Source: Octopus sinensis
Taxonomy: Eukaryota
Length of the DNA stretch: 64,000 nt
Assembly (NCBI RefSeq): GCF_006345805.1
Contig: NC_042998.1
Location: 79,546,001-79,610,000 of the forward strand
Direction of reading: 5' to 3'
In this document: positions 48,960 through 61,399 of the stretch, piece by piece
Layout of the letters: each line of letters begins with the position of its first letter
Position numbering within the stretch: position 1 is the stretch's first letter
Notes under the pieces: generated by a model
What the model was told of the DNA's origin: nothing
Databases searched by the model: none
Seen by the model: the letters and a program-made list of their open reading frames with translations, nothing else
Translations under genes and position numbers: made by a program

Positions 48960-51863
48960 ACAAAATTCATTAGAGTTCTAATGTGATATTCTGTTTTTAA
49001 AATCATAATTATATTTTATATTGCACATTTAAAAAAAAAACTGAATTGGGTGGAATAAATATATTAGTTTTATTATAATGTAAATCAAGTTTATACCATA
49101 TAATCTTTTAAATTCATATCTCGGTTTATTTCATCTTAAAATGTATTATATAATACTTTTTATTGCTGCTATTATCAGCCACCACCTTGTCAATGACTGC
49201 TAAAAGGACATATACCACCAATGCCATCACCAGCTACTACAATGTTGTTTATCATCATTGCCAACAACACTTGTGTCAGCTACTGTTAGCACAATCACTG
49301 GACTGAAACGAGGTTACAGCCCATTCAGCTATTCAAATAGCAGAGTCTTCATTGACACATTTCTTTGACTCTATCTTTCTGAAAATTGGGTCATTGTACC
49401 TGGAATATATAAAGGTTTTTCAACTTTCCTCTCTAGATGGTTAGAAGCTATCCGTAGTCTGCTTTTCATTTGTGAAATTATATATCACTTTATGTTACTT
49501 TAACTCATTATATATGTCTTTACATTGTCTTAAAATTCATTCCATTTATATTTCAACAAGAAATTAAAACAAAAACAAATTGATTTATCAAATAGCCGAA
49601 GACTGCCTAACTATTGTAATTTCAATAATAGTAATAAAATTTCATTTCAAACTTATATAAAAGTGTAAAGTATTCCATGTTATAATAAATAATATTTTAT
49701 CAATTGTTTCATCTTTTTTGTTTCTTTTTTGTTGTTGTAAACATTTCAAATTTAGACAACTGCAGAGATTTTAACATTGTAAAATGGAAAAAAAGGAATT
49801 TATGCCTCTTCCTCTATTTTTGTTTATTTTTTCATTAAACTTTTATCTTTTACCTGTTTTAGCCATTAAACCACAGCCTTGAAGGAGCAGAGTAAAGATA
49901 AACAGGCTTAGTGCATGAGGGGTAATAACTTGGTGGTCTGGGGAGGGAAAACGATGACTACTGTAACATGAAGGTATGGAAAAAAGTATTAATGAGTGAA
50001 GAATGGTTAACAAGTGAGAGGTTTCTGGGTTGCAAGCGGGGGGGAAAAAGTCATGGAGGGAGGAGAGCTGCAGTGGATGATAGGATGTAGGGGAGGGTGA
50101 CATGATGGGGAGCATTGATTAATTGAAGTGCTTATATGTGTGTGTGTGCGTGCGTGCATGTATATTTCGTTATGGGTTAGACAAAGGCAACAGCAAATTA
50201 AACAACAACCTGTAGGATTTTAGATGTGTATTAAATGAATGGCATAAAACACACAGATCAAATGCAGCTCAAAGCTGTTATAATCATCTGAGTCCAAAAC
50301 ACAAGCCGTCATAAAATATCAGAGTTCAAGCACAGAGCTGTTACAAATAGTTGAATATATATCAGTTCTTAAAGACAGGTGGATTTTCTTGTTTCATTGC
50401 AAAAGGGAAGTCGCTCTTACCATTTTCTTCTTGTGTTGTTGGTTACTGTTTATGTCGTTAGTTGTAGTAATAAACCTTTAAAGGGTAATAGAGACGGTGA
50501 AATAGAGGAGAAAGACAGAATGATGCTAATGTTCTGCCTGCCATTTCAGCAACAACAACAGAGAAAGACAGAATGACCCTTGTCATTCTAAAGTGAGCCA
50601 GTGAAAGTTATAGATATCATAGTTGCTGCTTGTCATCTTCATCTCACCAACTATTTCGAAGTTGTCTCTTTCACCAACTCTTTTGACTAACTGATTTTAG
50701 CTATTGAGTCTCTATTTACAATTATTGTAACAGGAGGAGAAAGAGAGACATGCCACTCTGAAAACAATGGGAACTGCAGTTGGTATCTTCCTTATCTCCT
50801 ATCAACTATTGTTTGTATAGGAGGGGTTAAAAGGGTCAAGTGGAGAATACATAAATCGGTTTGTGTTGAATGTCTCAGCTATTAATTCTTGTCTCTCTGT
50901 GAGAAAGTGCTGAGGTATGCTAAAAGGGAATTCTGTAGATTCAGGTTCAAATCAATAGTCTTAAATGAAAATCCACTTTTCCTTTCCAAGTAAAACATTT
51001 TCGTAACAATGTATATATATTATATATGTATATGGCTATGAGGTAAGAAGTTTGCTTCCCAACCACATGGTTCTAGGTTCAGTCCCACTGTGTGGCACCT
51101 TGGGCAAGTGTCTTTTACTATAGTACCAGGTTAACCAAAGCCTTGTGAGTGGATTTGGTTGAAAGAAGCCTTTGTGTATGTATATATATATATATGAGTG
51201 TGTGTGTGTCCCACTTGACAACTGGTGTTGAATGTTTACATTCCCATAACTTAAGTGGTTTGGCAAAAGAGATCGATAGAATTTGCATTGGGGATTTTAA
51301 AAAATAAGTATTGGGGTTGATTTATTTGACTCAAGTTCTTCAGGGTGGTGCCCCAGAATGGCTGCAGTCTAATGACTGAAAAAAGTAACAGATAAAAGAT
51401 ACACACACAGTATATCATATATATATATGTAACAAATAGCTTCCTAGATTCTTGGCCAAGATTCAAAACTGAATCAAGATTTTTCTACAATTCCTTCCTA
51501 TTGTTTTTGGCCTTTGCACTCAGAAATTTATTAGAGCCAACTGACACATTTAAAGGACTTCTATTGTTTAAATGAAGATTCTTAGGTTAAATAGAGTTCG
51601 GACAAGATAGATGGAAAATTCTTTGTTTAGCCTGACCTAATTTTGTTTAAAAAAATATAAATACAGAATCCAAAATTGGTTTACTCTTTTACTTGTTTCA
51701 GTCATTTTGACTGTGGCCATGCTAGAGCACCACCTTTAGTCGAGCAAATCGACCCCAGGACTTATTGTTTGTAAGCCTAGTACTTAATCTATTGGTCACT
51801 TTTGCCGAACCGCTAAGTTACAGGAATGTAAACACACCAGCATCAGTTGTCAAGCGATGTTGG

Positions 51864-52617
<754 letters not shown>

Positions 52618-53769
52618 GACAGGCTTCTTTCAGTTTCCATCTACCAAATCTACTCACAAGGCTTTGGTTGACCCGAGGCTATAGCAGAAGACACTTGCCC
52701 AAGGTGCCATGCAGTGGGACTGAACCCAGAACCATGTGGTTGGTAAGCAAGCTACTCCTGTTCACTTTCATTGGGCATTTGCCTCAAAGAGTAGATCTTT
52801 TTTTTCTACCTTTATTTATGGCTTGTCACCCAGGAAAATACAACTTTTACCCTCTCTACTTTTCAAATCAGAGAGGTAGACTCTCTTACACTTTCTCTCC
52901 TTTTGCTATCTGTCTTCTTGCAGTCATTCATAGATGAAGCTAACTGCCAATAGAATTGATAACAGAACTACAAATAATCTGTGTAGTGCAACAGCTTGAA
53001 GAAATTGTATTTTACATTGTAAAATAACAGACCATTTCAACTAACAACAATATTTCTCCTTTCATTTATTCAGTGCATACAATTGTTACTTTCTGCTGAC
53101 TCCCTTCTGCACATGTAAATCTATTTCTTTACTACCCACAAGGGGCTAAACACAGAGGGTACAAACAAGGACAGACACACGGATTAAGTCGATTACATTG
53201 ACCCCAGTGCGTAACTGGTACTTAATTTATCAACCCCGAAAGGATGAAAGGCAAAGTCGACCTCGGCGGAATTTGAACTCAGAACATAGCAGCAGATGAA
53301 GCTGCACATGTAAATCATTTCATGCACTAATATTTATTTATTTATTTTAGAGAATGTTAATTATGGCCAGTTCATAGGGCTACCCAGGGTTTCACATCCA
53401 TAAAGCACGTTATATCATGTACTTGGCTTTACACAGACCCTAGTGGCCTATAACCTCTCTTTATATTGGAAGGAGAAAAGGCATCATGGCTAGGTTTTGA
53501 ACACACAAAGGAAAGGTAAGCTTAAGGGATTGTCTCCCTTAGATCACTATCCGGAATCCACCCAGTTAGCGTGTAGGTCCCAGGATTTCAATAGGAATCA
53601 TCCGAAGTGTAAACAAGATCTGAAGACTTCCACCCTGGAATTTAAGATGTTCTCCAGGTTGAGGGAGCTCTTTAATATCCTCACTAATTCCACTATGCAC
53701 AGCTTGCAATGTTTGCTCCCACAGATGCAGGAACCCAGCTTTTATAAGATCTTGCATGTGGAGTCCCTT

Positions 53770-53980
53770 CATCCTTCAGGTGCCATATATGGCTGGCCAA
53801 GAATGTGACATAATGTCTTTCTGAGATCCTAAATGAGGATTTATGGTTGCAGAGGTACTGCTTGATGGTGTTTCAAGTGAGTCTTTAAGAATCCTTGCCC
53901 ACTTTGCTATACAAAGCTTGCATTGTCTGCTCCCATTTATATAGGACCTGATTGTTCTATGACCTGGCATTTAATTGGCG
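53770..53980 (-). mobile_element. Penelope-like element GIY-YIG fragment
   Basis: YINGSRQCKLCIAKWARILK; homologous to 60280-60500 in the opposite orientation. Confidence 0.6.
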
Positions 53981-55286
53981 ACAACAATGACAATGGCGGA
54001 GACAGCAGCCGCAGAGACACTAAAACCAGCAACTACGACCACAGCACCAATACCAGTACCATGGCCGGAGATGACAGCCATGCCAGCACCAGTGGAACTA
54101 CCAGTCCCACACCCAGAAATCACACCAATGGCAGCCACAACAAAACAGGCAACACTAATACTGTGACTGGGAATGTGTAGTGGTTGTGTGTGTATGTAAA
54201 CAAATACATAAACTGTTTCATGATTAAAAAGGGATTTATTTACAGGGTTATAAGTACACTACATACAAATGTAAGCAAATGCTACGAATTGCTTGTATAG
54301 AACACATATTAAAAATGAATATGTTTGTGTGTGTGCGTGTTTCATTAGTATAAAAATAGGATCACATGCGGTCGTATTGTATAGGAAATACAATCGCACG
54401 CGATCCCATTCTTAATGATTTATTACTGACCATATATACATGCAGCGGCAATAGAACACACAAGTGGAATGACAACAAGATTTCCTTTTGAGATATATAC
54501 ATTATTTATTTTACATATTTTACAATCATGTTGGTTGGAAAGTTGTAAGTGTTAGCATGTTTTTATGCCTGTGTGTTCGTGAGGCATAAAAGGTACTGAC
54601 CAGAGAAATAACAATGGATTTTGGTTCACAGTTCATGTTGGTATCAGCCTAGCAACAGGTAGTAGCAGATGGCTTAGGGTAGTTCTTAGAAGAACTAGCA
54701 CTCAGGACAGATAATTGATTTACCGTTTATGAGGTACACGGAGCGTAAGAGTTCCATATCAAGATGTTGCGTCTCGTAGTTGAGATTAATTGAATCACTT
54801 GTGTTTATCTTTCTCTTGATATGAATATACTTCCAGATATATTAACTGTAACCGTTTTTCCCGTGGTGATATTTTCACCTAACCGCTATAGTTGAATCTG
54901 TAGTTGTCTTGTGTATAAATTAAACCTTAGTAGATAGAGACGATGTTTGGCGATGAGTTGTGTCTGTCGCTTGGTTTTTGCTGCGTCTTCATTATATATT
55001 CTGCTTGGTTATTTTTCTCTAGTTATAGATATCCTGTAACCGTTCTTTTCGTGGTGATATTTTCACACTAACAGTATGAGAGGTATCTGTAACATCTTGT
55101 ATTAATAGTGGTCGCCTACCTTTCGAACATGGTCGAGTATGCTCTGTGTGGTCAGAGGTTAGCCCTGAGAAGGACTAGAACCAAAGACGGACTCTGTGGT
55201 CAGAGGTTCGCCCTGAGAAGGACTTGAACCAAAGACGAACTCTGTGGTCAGAGGTTAGTTCTGAAAAGAACTAAAAACCTAAGACG

Positions 55287-56992
55287 TATTTCTTTATTAC
55301 CCACAAGGGGCTACGAAGAGGGGAACATTACAAGACGGGACATGGGGAACATAAAATAAAAAATAAAGTATGAAGTAAAAAATGAATTAGATGTAATGAG
55401 ATGGAACGGCTTACGAACCCCCAACTCGCAGTTCCGTTTAAAATACAATTATACATACAATTTTACAGTTACAATAATTTTACAATTCTACATGTCAACA
55501 TTACATATATTCAAAATACAACTTTAAATTTTACAATTCTAATTCTTTTACATTAGACGCTCGTCCGTCATATAATCCAACAGGTCCGTTTGCTCTATAA
55601 CATCTGGCAATTTATCATACCGCACATAGTGCGTTATATGCATAGCATTAAACATCTTTTTTAATTTTATATATGTCTCTTTGTCTATAATGACGCCTTT
55701 TACCTCGTCACCATACAGTTTTGGGTTCACCTTCACCCTGACCAACCCTTTCTTACCTACAAGTCTCTTCTCCACTTCTGTATTCTTGATATACATCACA
55801 ACTGCCTTCAAGTTCTTTCCTGTAGGCCTTCTTCCATATTTGCACGATTCCAATTGCTCGTTCACTCTTGTCTCCCATTCTTGTTCAAACTCTGTCCTTG
55901 GCCGCTCTCTCGCCTTCTCTTTTACTTCCTGTTCTTTGTATGCTTTCTCTTCTCTCTCTTCTGCTATCTTGCTTTTGATTTTTTTCTTTTTTTGATCTTT
56001 CGGTGGTGATTCCACCCTTGATCTCTTCCTGTCTTCCGTCTTTTCCTCTTCTGCACTCTCTCGTTCTTCCTCACTTAACCGCTCCTCCATTCGTACTTCC
56101 TCCGCTTTCGCCTCCTCCACACACGCGTCCTCCATCACAACCTCCGGTGCTTTAGTTTTTTCTCGCGGGCACACATCCTTCATGTGGCCCCTTGATTTAC
56201 AATTGTAGCAAATTGGGGGTCTTCCCTCTACCACAACTCGGAGCCGCGTCTCGTCAGGGTAGACCAGCTCCTCTGGGATGTTGTACAGGTCTCGCACGGT
56301 AATGTGTGCGAGAACCTGCACCGTATATCCCCACCATTTCACCTCCGCTGACTTCTCCACCTTCAGTACTTCCACATCATCCTTGCAGTTAAACAGCACT
56401 GCTGCCATCAACCTTTCCATATTAAATTCGGGTGAGATTCTATTGATTCTCATCCTCACTGCTCTCCTTCCGCAGTAACTTGGTAGCAAAGTCCACTTAT
56501 CCGATTTCAAAGGTCTTGTTGCGTTCTTTTTTGCCTCATTTTCTGTTTCAAAATATACCACTACCGTGGCATACTTCTTTCCTCTTTTGAAAAATGTGGG
56601 TTCACCCTCAATTTCCTTCAGACATTCTTCTACTTCTTTCATTTCCGCTACTTCAATTTTTTTCGACTCCACACACCACGTCCTGTACGTTATAGTACGC
56701 TTCTCTGCACTGCTTTCCTCCTCCTCGGACGGTGTGACTCTTACGCAGTCACCCTCCCTCTTTAAACTGTCGAAATACTTCTGTAAAGTCTTCTGTTCGA
56801 CCACCACCTCCTCCATTTCCAGCTCACCGGCAACCAGGCCTCTGCTTGCCGCTCGCGCGTAAGTCTGTTCTTGCATTTTCAGGAAAAAAATTATTCCACG
56901 TCCTCCAACGAATTCGAACTCACCACCTCTTCACTTGAAATAAACACACCAGAATAAACACACCTGAATAACTCCAAATAACTTACACAAAG
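55287..56992 (-). mobile_element. ORF1-only non-autonomous retroposon, 1706 bp, with 17-bp TSD
   Basis: TSD actaaaaacctaagacg at 55270-55286 and 56993-57009; empty site at ~59465-59481; a single ORF; 3' end agccccttgtgggtaataaagaata. Confidence 0.88.
55548..56876 (-). CDS. Intact gag-like ORF1 protein (442 aa; RRM-like region, CCHC zinc knuckle, charged linker, C-terminal domain)
   Basis: TYARAA N-terminal motif, RNP1-like KYATVVVYF, and VEGRPPICYNCKSRGHMKDVC (CX2CX4HX4C). Confidence 0.85.
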   Translation of the reverse strand: MQEQTYARAASRGLVAGELEMEEVVVEQKTLQKYFDSLKREGDCVRVTPSEEEESSAEKRTITYRTWCVESKKIEVAEMKEVEECLKEIEGEPTFFKRGKKYATVVVYFETENEAKKNATRPLKSDKWTLLPSYCGRRAVRMRINRISPEFNMERLMAAVLFNCKDDVEVLKVEKSAEVKWWGYTVQVLAHITVRDLYNIPEELVYPDETRLRVVVEGRPPICYNCKSRGHMKDVCPREKTKAPEVVMEDACVEEAKAEEVRMEERLSEEERESAEEEKTEDRKRSRVESPPKDQKKKKIKSKIAEEREEKAYKEQEVKEKARERPRTEFEQEWETRVNEQLESCKYGRRPTGKNLKAVVMYIKNTEVEKRLVGKKGLVRVKVNPKLYGDEVKGVIIDKETYIKLKKMFNAMHITHYVRYDKLPDVIEQTDLLDYMTDERLM

Positions 56993-57008
56993 ACTAAAAA
57001 CCTAAGAC

Positions 57009-57185
57009 GAATATTTGTCTGAGAACCCTTCTTTTATAAGGTTTATGTGGCTCAAAACGAACTTCAGAAATGGAAAGCTGTGATTGGCTGCTTGGAACAA
57101 TGGCGCGAAAATATGCGGAGGCAAATCGCGTCACGTGACAACCAGCGGTGCGAACGTAGTAGAGACCATGTGTCAGCCAATCGAA
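57009..57185 (-). promoter_or_regulatory. Canonical Pol II core promoter in the array unit (also ~58600-58780 and ~59480-59655)
   Basis: Minus strand: TATAAAA starting 57038, CCAAT starting 57087, palindromic E-box GTCACGTGAC at 57130-57139 and a reverse CCAAT near 57177. The spacing fits a TSS near 57008. Confidence 0.6.
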
Positions 57186-58948
57186 TTAGTGTTTACAACA
57201 ATGTTAAACTAGCCGAAGATGTTTGTAATCTCGAACGAGATTATTCTTAACACTCTTCTCAAACAGTGAAGATAGCAATGAGTGTAACGATATTGCTACA
57301 TATAGCCTCTTGCCAGACGTTTTGTCGTAGATAAAACGGCGATAAAATTGATATTATTATATATATATATATATATTTTTGTTTTTCTTAAAAAGTTCTT
57401 TCTTCAGCGTTCTCTTGTGTCAATTCCGTAACTTATGTTTACCGTTGGCCGCGCAGTATATCAGAATGGCTGCGTATTAAAGGGTTCACCAGTATAAAAA
57501 TAGGATCACATGCGGTCGTATCGTATAGGGAATACAATCGCACGCGATCCCATTCTTGATGAATTGTTACACACCATTGAATACATACCGCGCAGTTGAA
57601 CATAAGTGGTCGTCGGGGTCACCAGTATAAGAAATAGGATCACATGCGGTCGTATCGTGTAAGAGACACGGTCGCACGTGGTCATATTCTTAATGATTAT
57701 TTTACAGACCATATGATACATACAGCGACAATAGGACATAAGTGGAATGACAACAAGATTTCTTTTTGAGATATATACATTATTTATTTTACATATTTTA
57801 CAATCATGTTCGTTGGAAGTTTGTAAGTGTTAGCATGTTTTTGTGTCTGTGTATTCGTGAGGCATAAAAGGTACTGACCAGAGGAATAACAATGGAATTT
57901 GGTTCACAGTTCATGTTGTTGGTATCAGCCTAGCAACAGGTAGTAGCAGATGGCTTAAGGTAGTTCTTAGAAGAACTAGAACTCAAGACAGATAATTGAT
58001 TTACCGTTTATGAGGTACACGGAGTGTAAGAGTTCCATATCAAGATGTTGCGTCTCGTAGTTGAGATTAACTGAATCACTTGTTGTGCTTTGTCTTTCTC
58101 TTGATATGAATATACTTCCAGATATATTAACTGTAACCGTTTTTCCCGTGGTGATATTTTCACCTAACCGCTATAGTTGAATCTGTAGTTGTCTTGTGTA
58201 TAAATTAAACCTTAGTAGATAGAGACGATGTTTGGCGATGAGTTGTGTCTGTCGCTTGGTTTTTGCTGCGTCTTCATTATATATTCTGCTTGGTTATTTT
58301 TCTCTAGTTATAGATATCATGTAACCGTTCTTTTCGTGGTGATATTTTCACACTAACAGTATATGAGAGGAATCTGTAACATCTTGTATACAAGCTAAAT
58401 CTTCGTGGATAGTTATGCTTGGTGATCGCCTGCCTTTCGAACCGGAACATAGTTGGTATGCTCTGTGTGGTCAGAGGTTCGCCCTGAAAAGGAATGTAAC
58501 CTAAGACGAGCTCTGTGGTCAGAGGTCAGCTCTGAGAAGAACTAGAAACCTAAGACGAACTCTGTGGTCAGAGGCTCGCCCTGAGAAGGACTTGAACCAA
58601 AAACGGATATTTGTCTGAGAACATTTCTTTATATAAGGTTTATGTGGTTCAAAACGAACTTCAGAAATGGTAAGCTGTGATTGGCTGTTTGGAACAAATG
58701 GCGCGAAAATAAGCGGAGACAAATCGCGTCACGTGACAACCAGCGGTGCGAACGTAGTAGAGACCACGTGTCAGCCAATCGGATTAGTGTTTACAACAAT
58801 GTTAAACTAGCCGAAGATGTTTGTAATCTCGAACGAGATTATTCTTAATACTCTTCTCAAACAGTGAAGATAGCAATGAAGGAAACGATATTGCTACATA
58901 TAGCCTCTTGCCAGACATTTTGTCGTAGACAAAACGACAATAAAATTG

Positions 58949-58989
<41 letters not shown>

Positions 58990-60039
58990 TTAAAAAGTCC
59001 CTTCTTCAGCGTTCTCTTGTGTCAATTCCGTAACTCATGTTTATCGTTGGCCGCGCAGTATATCAGAATGGCTGCGTATTAAAGGGGTCACCAGTATAAA
59101 AATAGGATCACATGCGGTCGTATCGTATAGGGAATACAATCGCACGCGATCCCATTCTTAATGATGGTCGCCTGCCTTTCTGTGGTTGTCTTGTTCTGCT
59201 TGGTTATTTTTCTCTAGTTATAGATATCCTGTAACCGTTCTTTTCGTGGTGATATTTTCACACTAACAGTATGAGAGGTATCTGTAACATCTTGTATTAA
59301 TGGTGGTCGCCTACCTTTCGAACATGGTCGAGTATGCTCTGTGTGGTCAGAGGTTAGCCCTGAGAAGGACTAGAACCAAAGACGGACTCTGTGGTCAGAG
59401 GTTCGCCCTGAGAAGGACTTGAACCAAAGACGAACTCTGTGGTCAGAGGTTAGTTCTGAAAAGAACTAAAAACCTAAGACGAATATTTGTCTGAGAACCC
59501 TTCTTTTATAAGGTTTATGTGGCTCAAAACGAACTTCAGAAATGGAAAGCTGTGATTGGCTGCTTGGAACAATGGCGCGAAAATATGCGGAGGCAAATCG
59601 CGTCACGTGACAACCAGCGGTGCGAACGTAGTAGAGACCATGTGTCAGCCAATCGAATTAGTGTTTACAACAATGTTAAACTAGCCGAAGATGTTTGTAA
59701 TCTCGAACGAGATTATTCTTAATACTCTTCTCAAACAGTGAAGATAGCAATGAGTGTAACGATATTGCTACACATTCGAAACAGTAGTCGATAGATACTG
59801 TGAGCCTTTCTCTGTCTGACGTCTCCGCTGCGATTGTTTGCTTTCTCTGTTTTTCCCTGTATTTATAATATTTGAGACAGCTAGAAAAACAGGCGTATCG
59901 CAATAGAGACTGCTTATTTAGGTCAGCATTTGTCCATTTGAACTCAGCCTGACATTACTGAAGGTCGCAGGTCAAAGGGAGATGATCAATCACTTTTTGA
60001 CAGAACAAAGGGATCCTACTTTCGCTCCTTTAATTGCAT

Positions 60040-60520
60040 GATGATTCTTGGATTCGATTTCGAATCTAGGCTTAGAGAAGGAAGTGCTAATTCTTACAAA
60101 TAATTACTGCAACAGCAACAGTGGTATCACCAGACCCACGCCCTGTAATAACAGCACTGACGGTAGTGATAGCAGTAACAACAACAATATCAGGCCTGTG
60201 GCTGCCAACGGAAGAAACACCGGAGGCGATAACACAACCAGCACTGAAGCTTGGAGATACATTGGTTTGGTTGGAACTGCTATTAAGCAACGCCTGTACA
60301 ACAACAGGTCCTCTTTTAGGGTTCCAGAAAGACGTTATGTCATGGACTTGACTTGCCATGTGTGACGCCTTAAGGATAAAAGAACTACATATGAAATTAA
60401 ATGGAAGCTCATAGAGCAACCAGGGTTCTATATAAACGGGAGTAGATGATACAAGCTTTGTATAGCAGAGTGAGCAAGGATCCTTAAAGTCTTGCTTAAC
60501 CCGAAGACCCTTTTAAACGC
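60040..60520 (+). mobile_element. Penelope-like element 3' relic (GIY-YIG endonuclease)
   Basis: WRYIGLVGTAIKQRLYNNRSSF...IKWKLIEQPGFYINGSR*YKLCIAE*ARIL. Confidence 0.7.
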
Positions 60521-60801
60521 TACCTGCTGCAGGCTTGAGATTCCCCGTTTGTCGATTAGGGCAATAAAATTTTAATGACTGGACCGATCTAAGGGCGATA
60601 CCCCATCTTGTTAATGGCTGAGACAATATATGATATTTTTTGAAGTCTGATGAGTCGTCTATAAGGCTAAGCGCTTTATGGATGTGAAAACATCGGTGAC
60701 TATGACCGACTGTATAATTAACTTGCTGTAAAGATATTATTGCTTTAACTTTAGAGCGTGCTTCTTTTTCGGATATATGATCCACTACGTGATAATATAT
60801 A

Positions 60802-60850
<49 letters not shown>

Positions 60851-61399
60851 ATATATATACATACATACAAACATACATATTAGTGGATAGACAAGTTACA
60901 TATAGTGATTGACAGAAAGAGAAAGGGGTGTAGATTTCAAACATCTCAAATTTCTTTTCCTTCAGATTTCTCTCTCTCCCTCACCCCCCCTCTCTCTCTC
61001 TCTCTATCTATCTCTTCATTGTACTTTTATCTATTCATTTTCACATATTTCAAATTTCTTTTTTCTCAGTTTCATCTTTCTCCTTTCATACACTCCGACA
61101 CACACACACACACGTGCACGCACTAACACACACGCACAAACACAACAACCACTTCTACATCTTACACCTTTTTCTACACAACTCGAGCCCTTAGTTTGTT
61201 CAATCCAGCAACCATCACCTCATCAGCATTATAACTTCATCTGTCACCCATCTTCTAAATACTATTATCAATCGAGCTTGACTCGACCTTAAAAAATTAC
61301 TACACCCACTTTGCCGAACAGTGCTATAGTGCCTGGTTGTTCGCTTCACTCCCATTCCCGCAGGGTGCTATCATCAATATGTGGAAGAGAATTAGGAGT

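Larger units (their letters stand above)
54347..59772. repeat. Tandem array of three ~1.4-1.6 kb composite units (starts 54347, 57491, 59093; the third is internally deleted)
   Basis: Repeated agtataaaaataggatcacatgcggtcg starts; units 1 and 3 are near-identical and unit 2 is diverged; internal 47-bp and ~130-bp subrepeats. Confidence 0.95.

Noticed and set aside
57047-57250. 67-aa ORF repeated in the array units
   Set aside because: It starts at a non-ATG codon, overlaps the promoter motifs, and the frame is not kept in unit 2.
60640-60705. CTGATGA...GAAA hammerhead-like core downstream of the Penelope relic
   Set aside because: A stem II hairpin exists, but stem I does not pair and there is no valid NUH site. 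At best it is a decayed relic.
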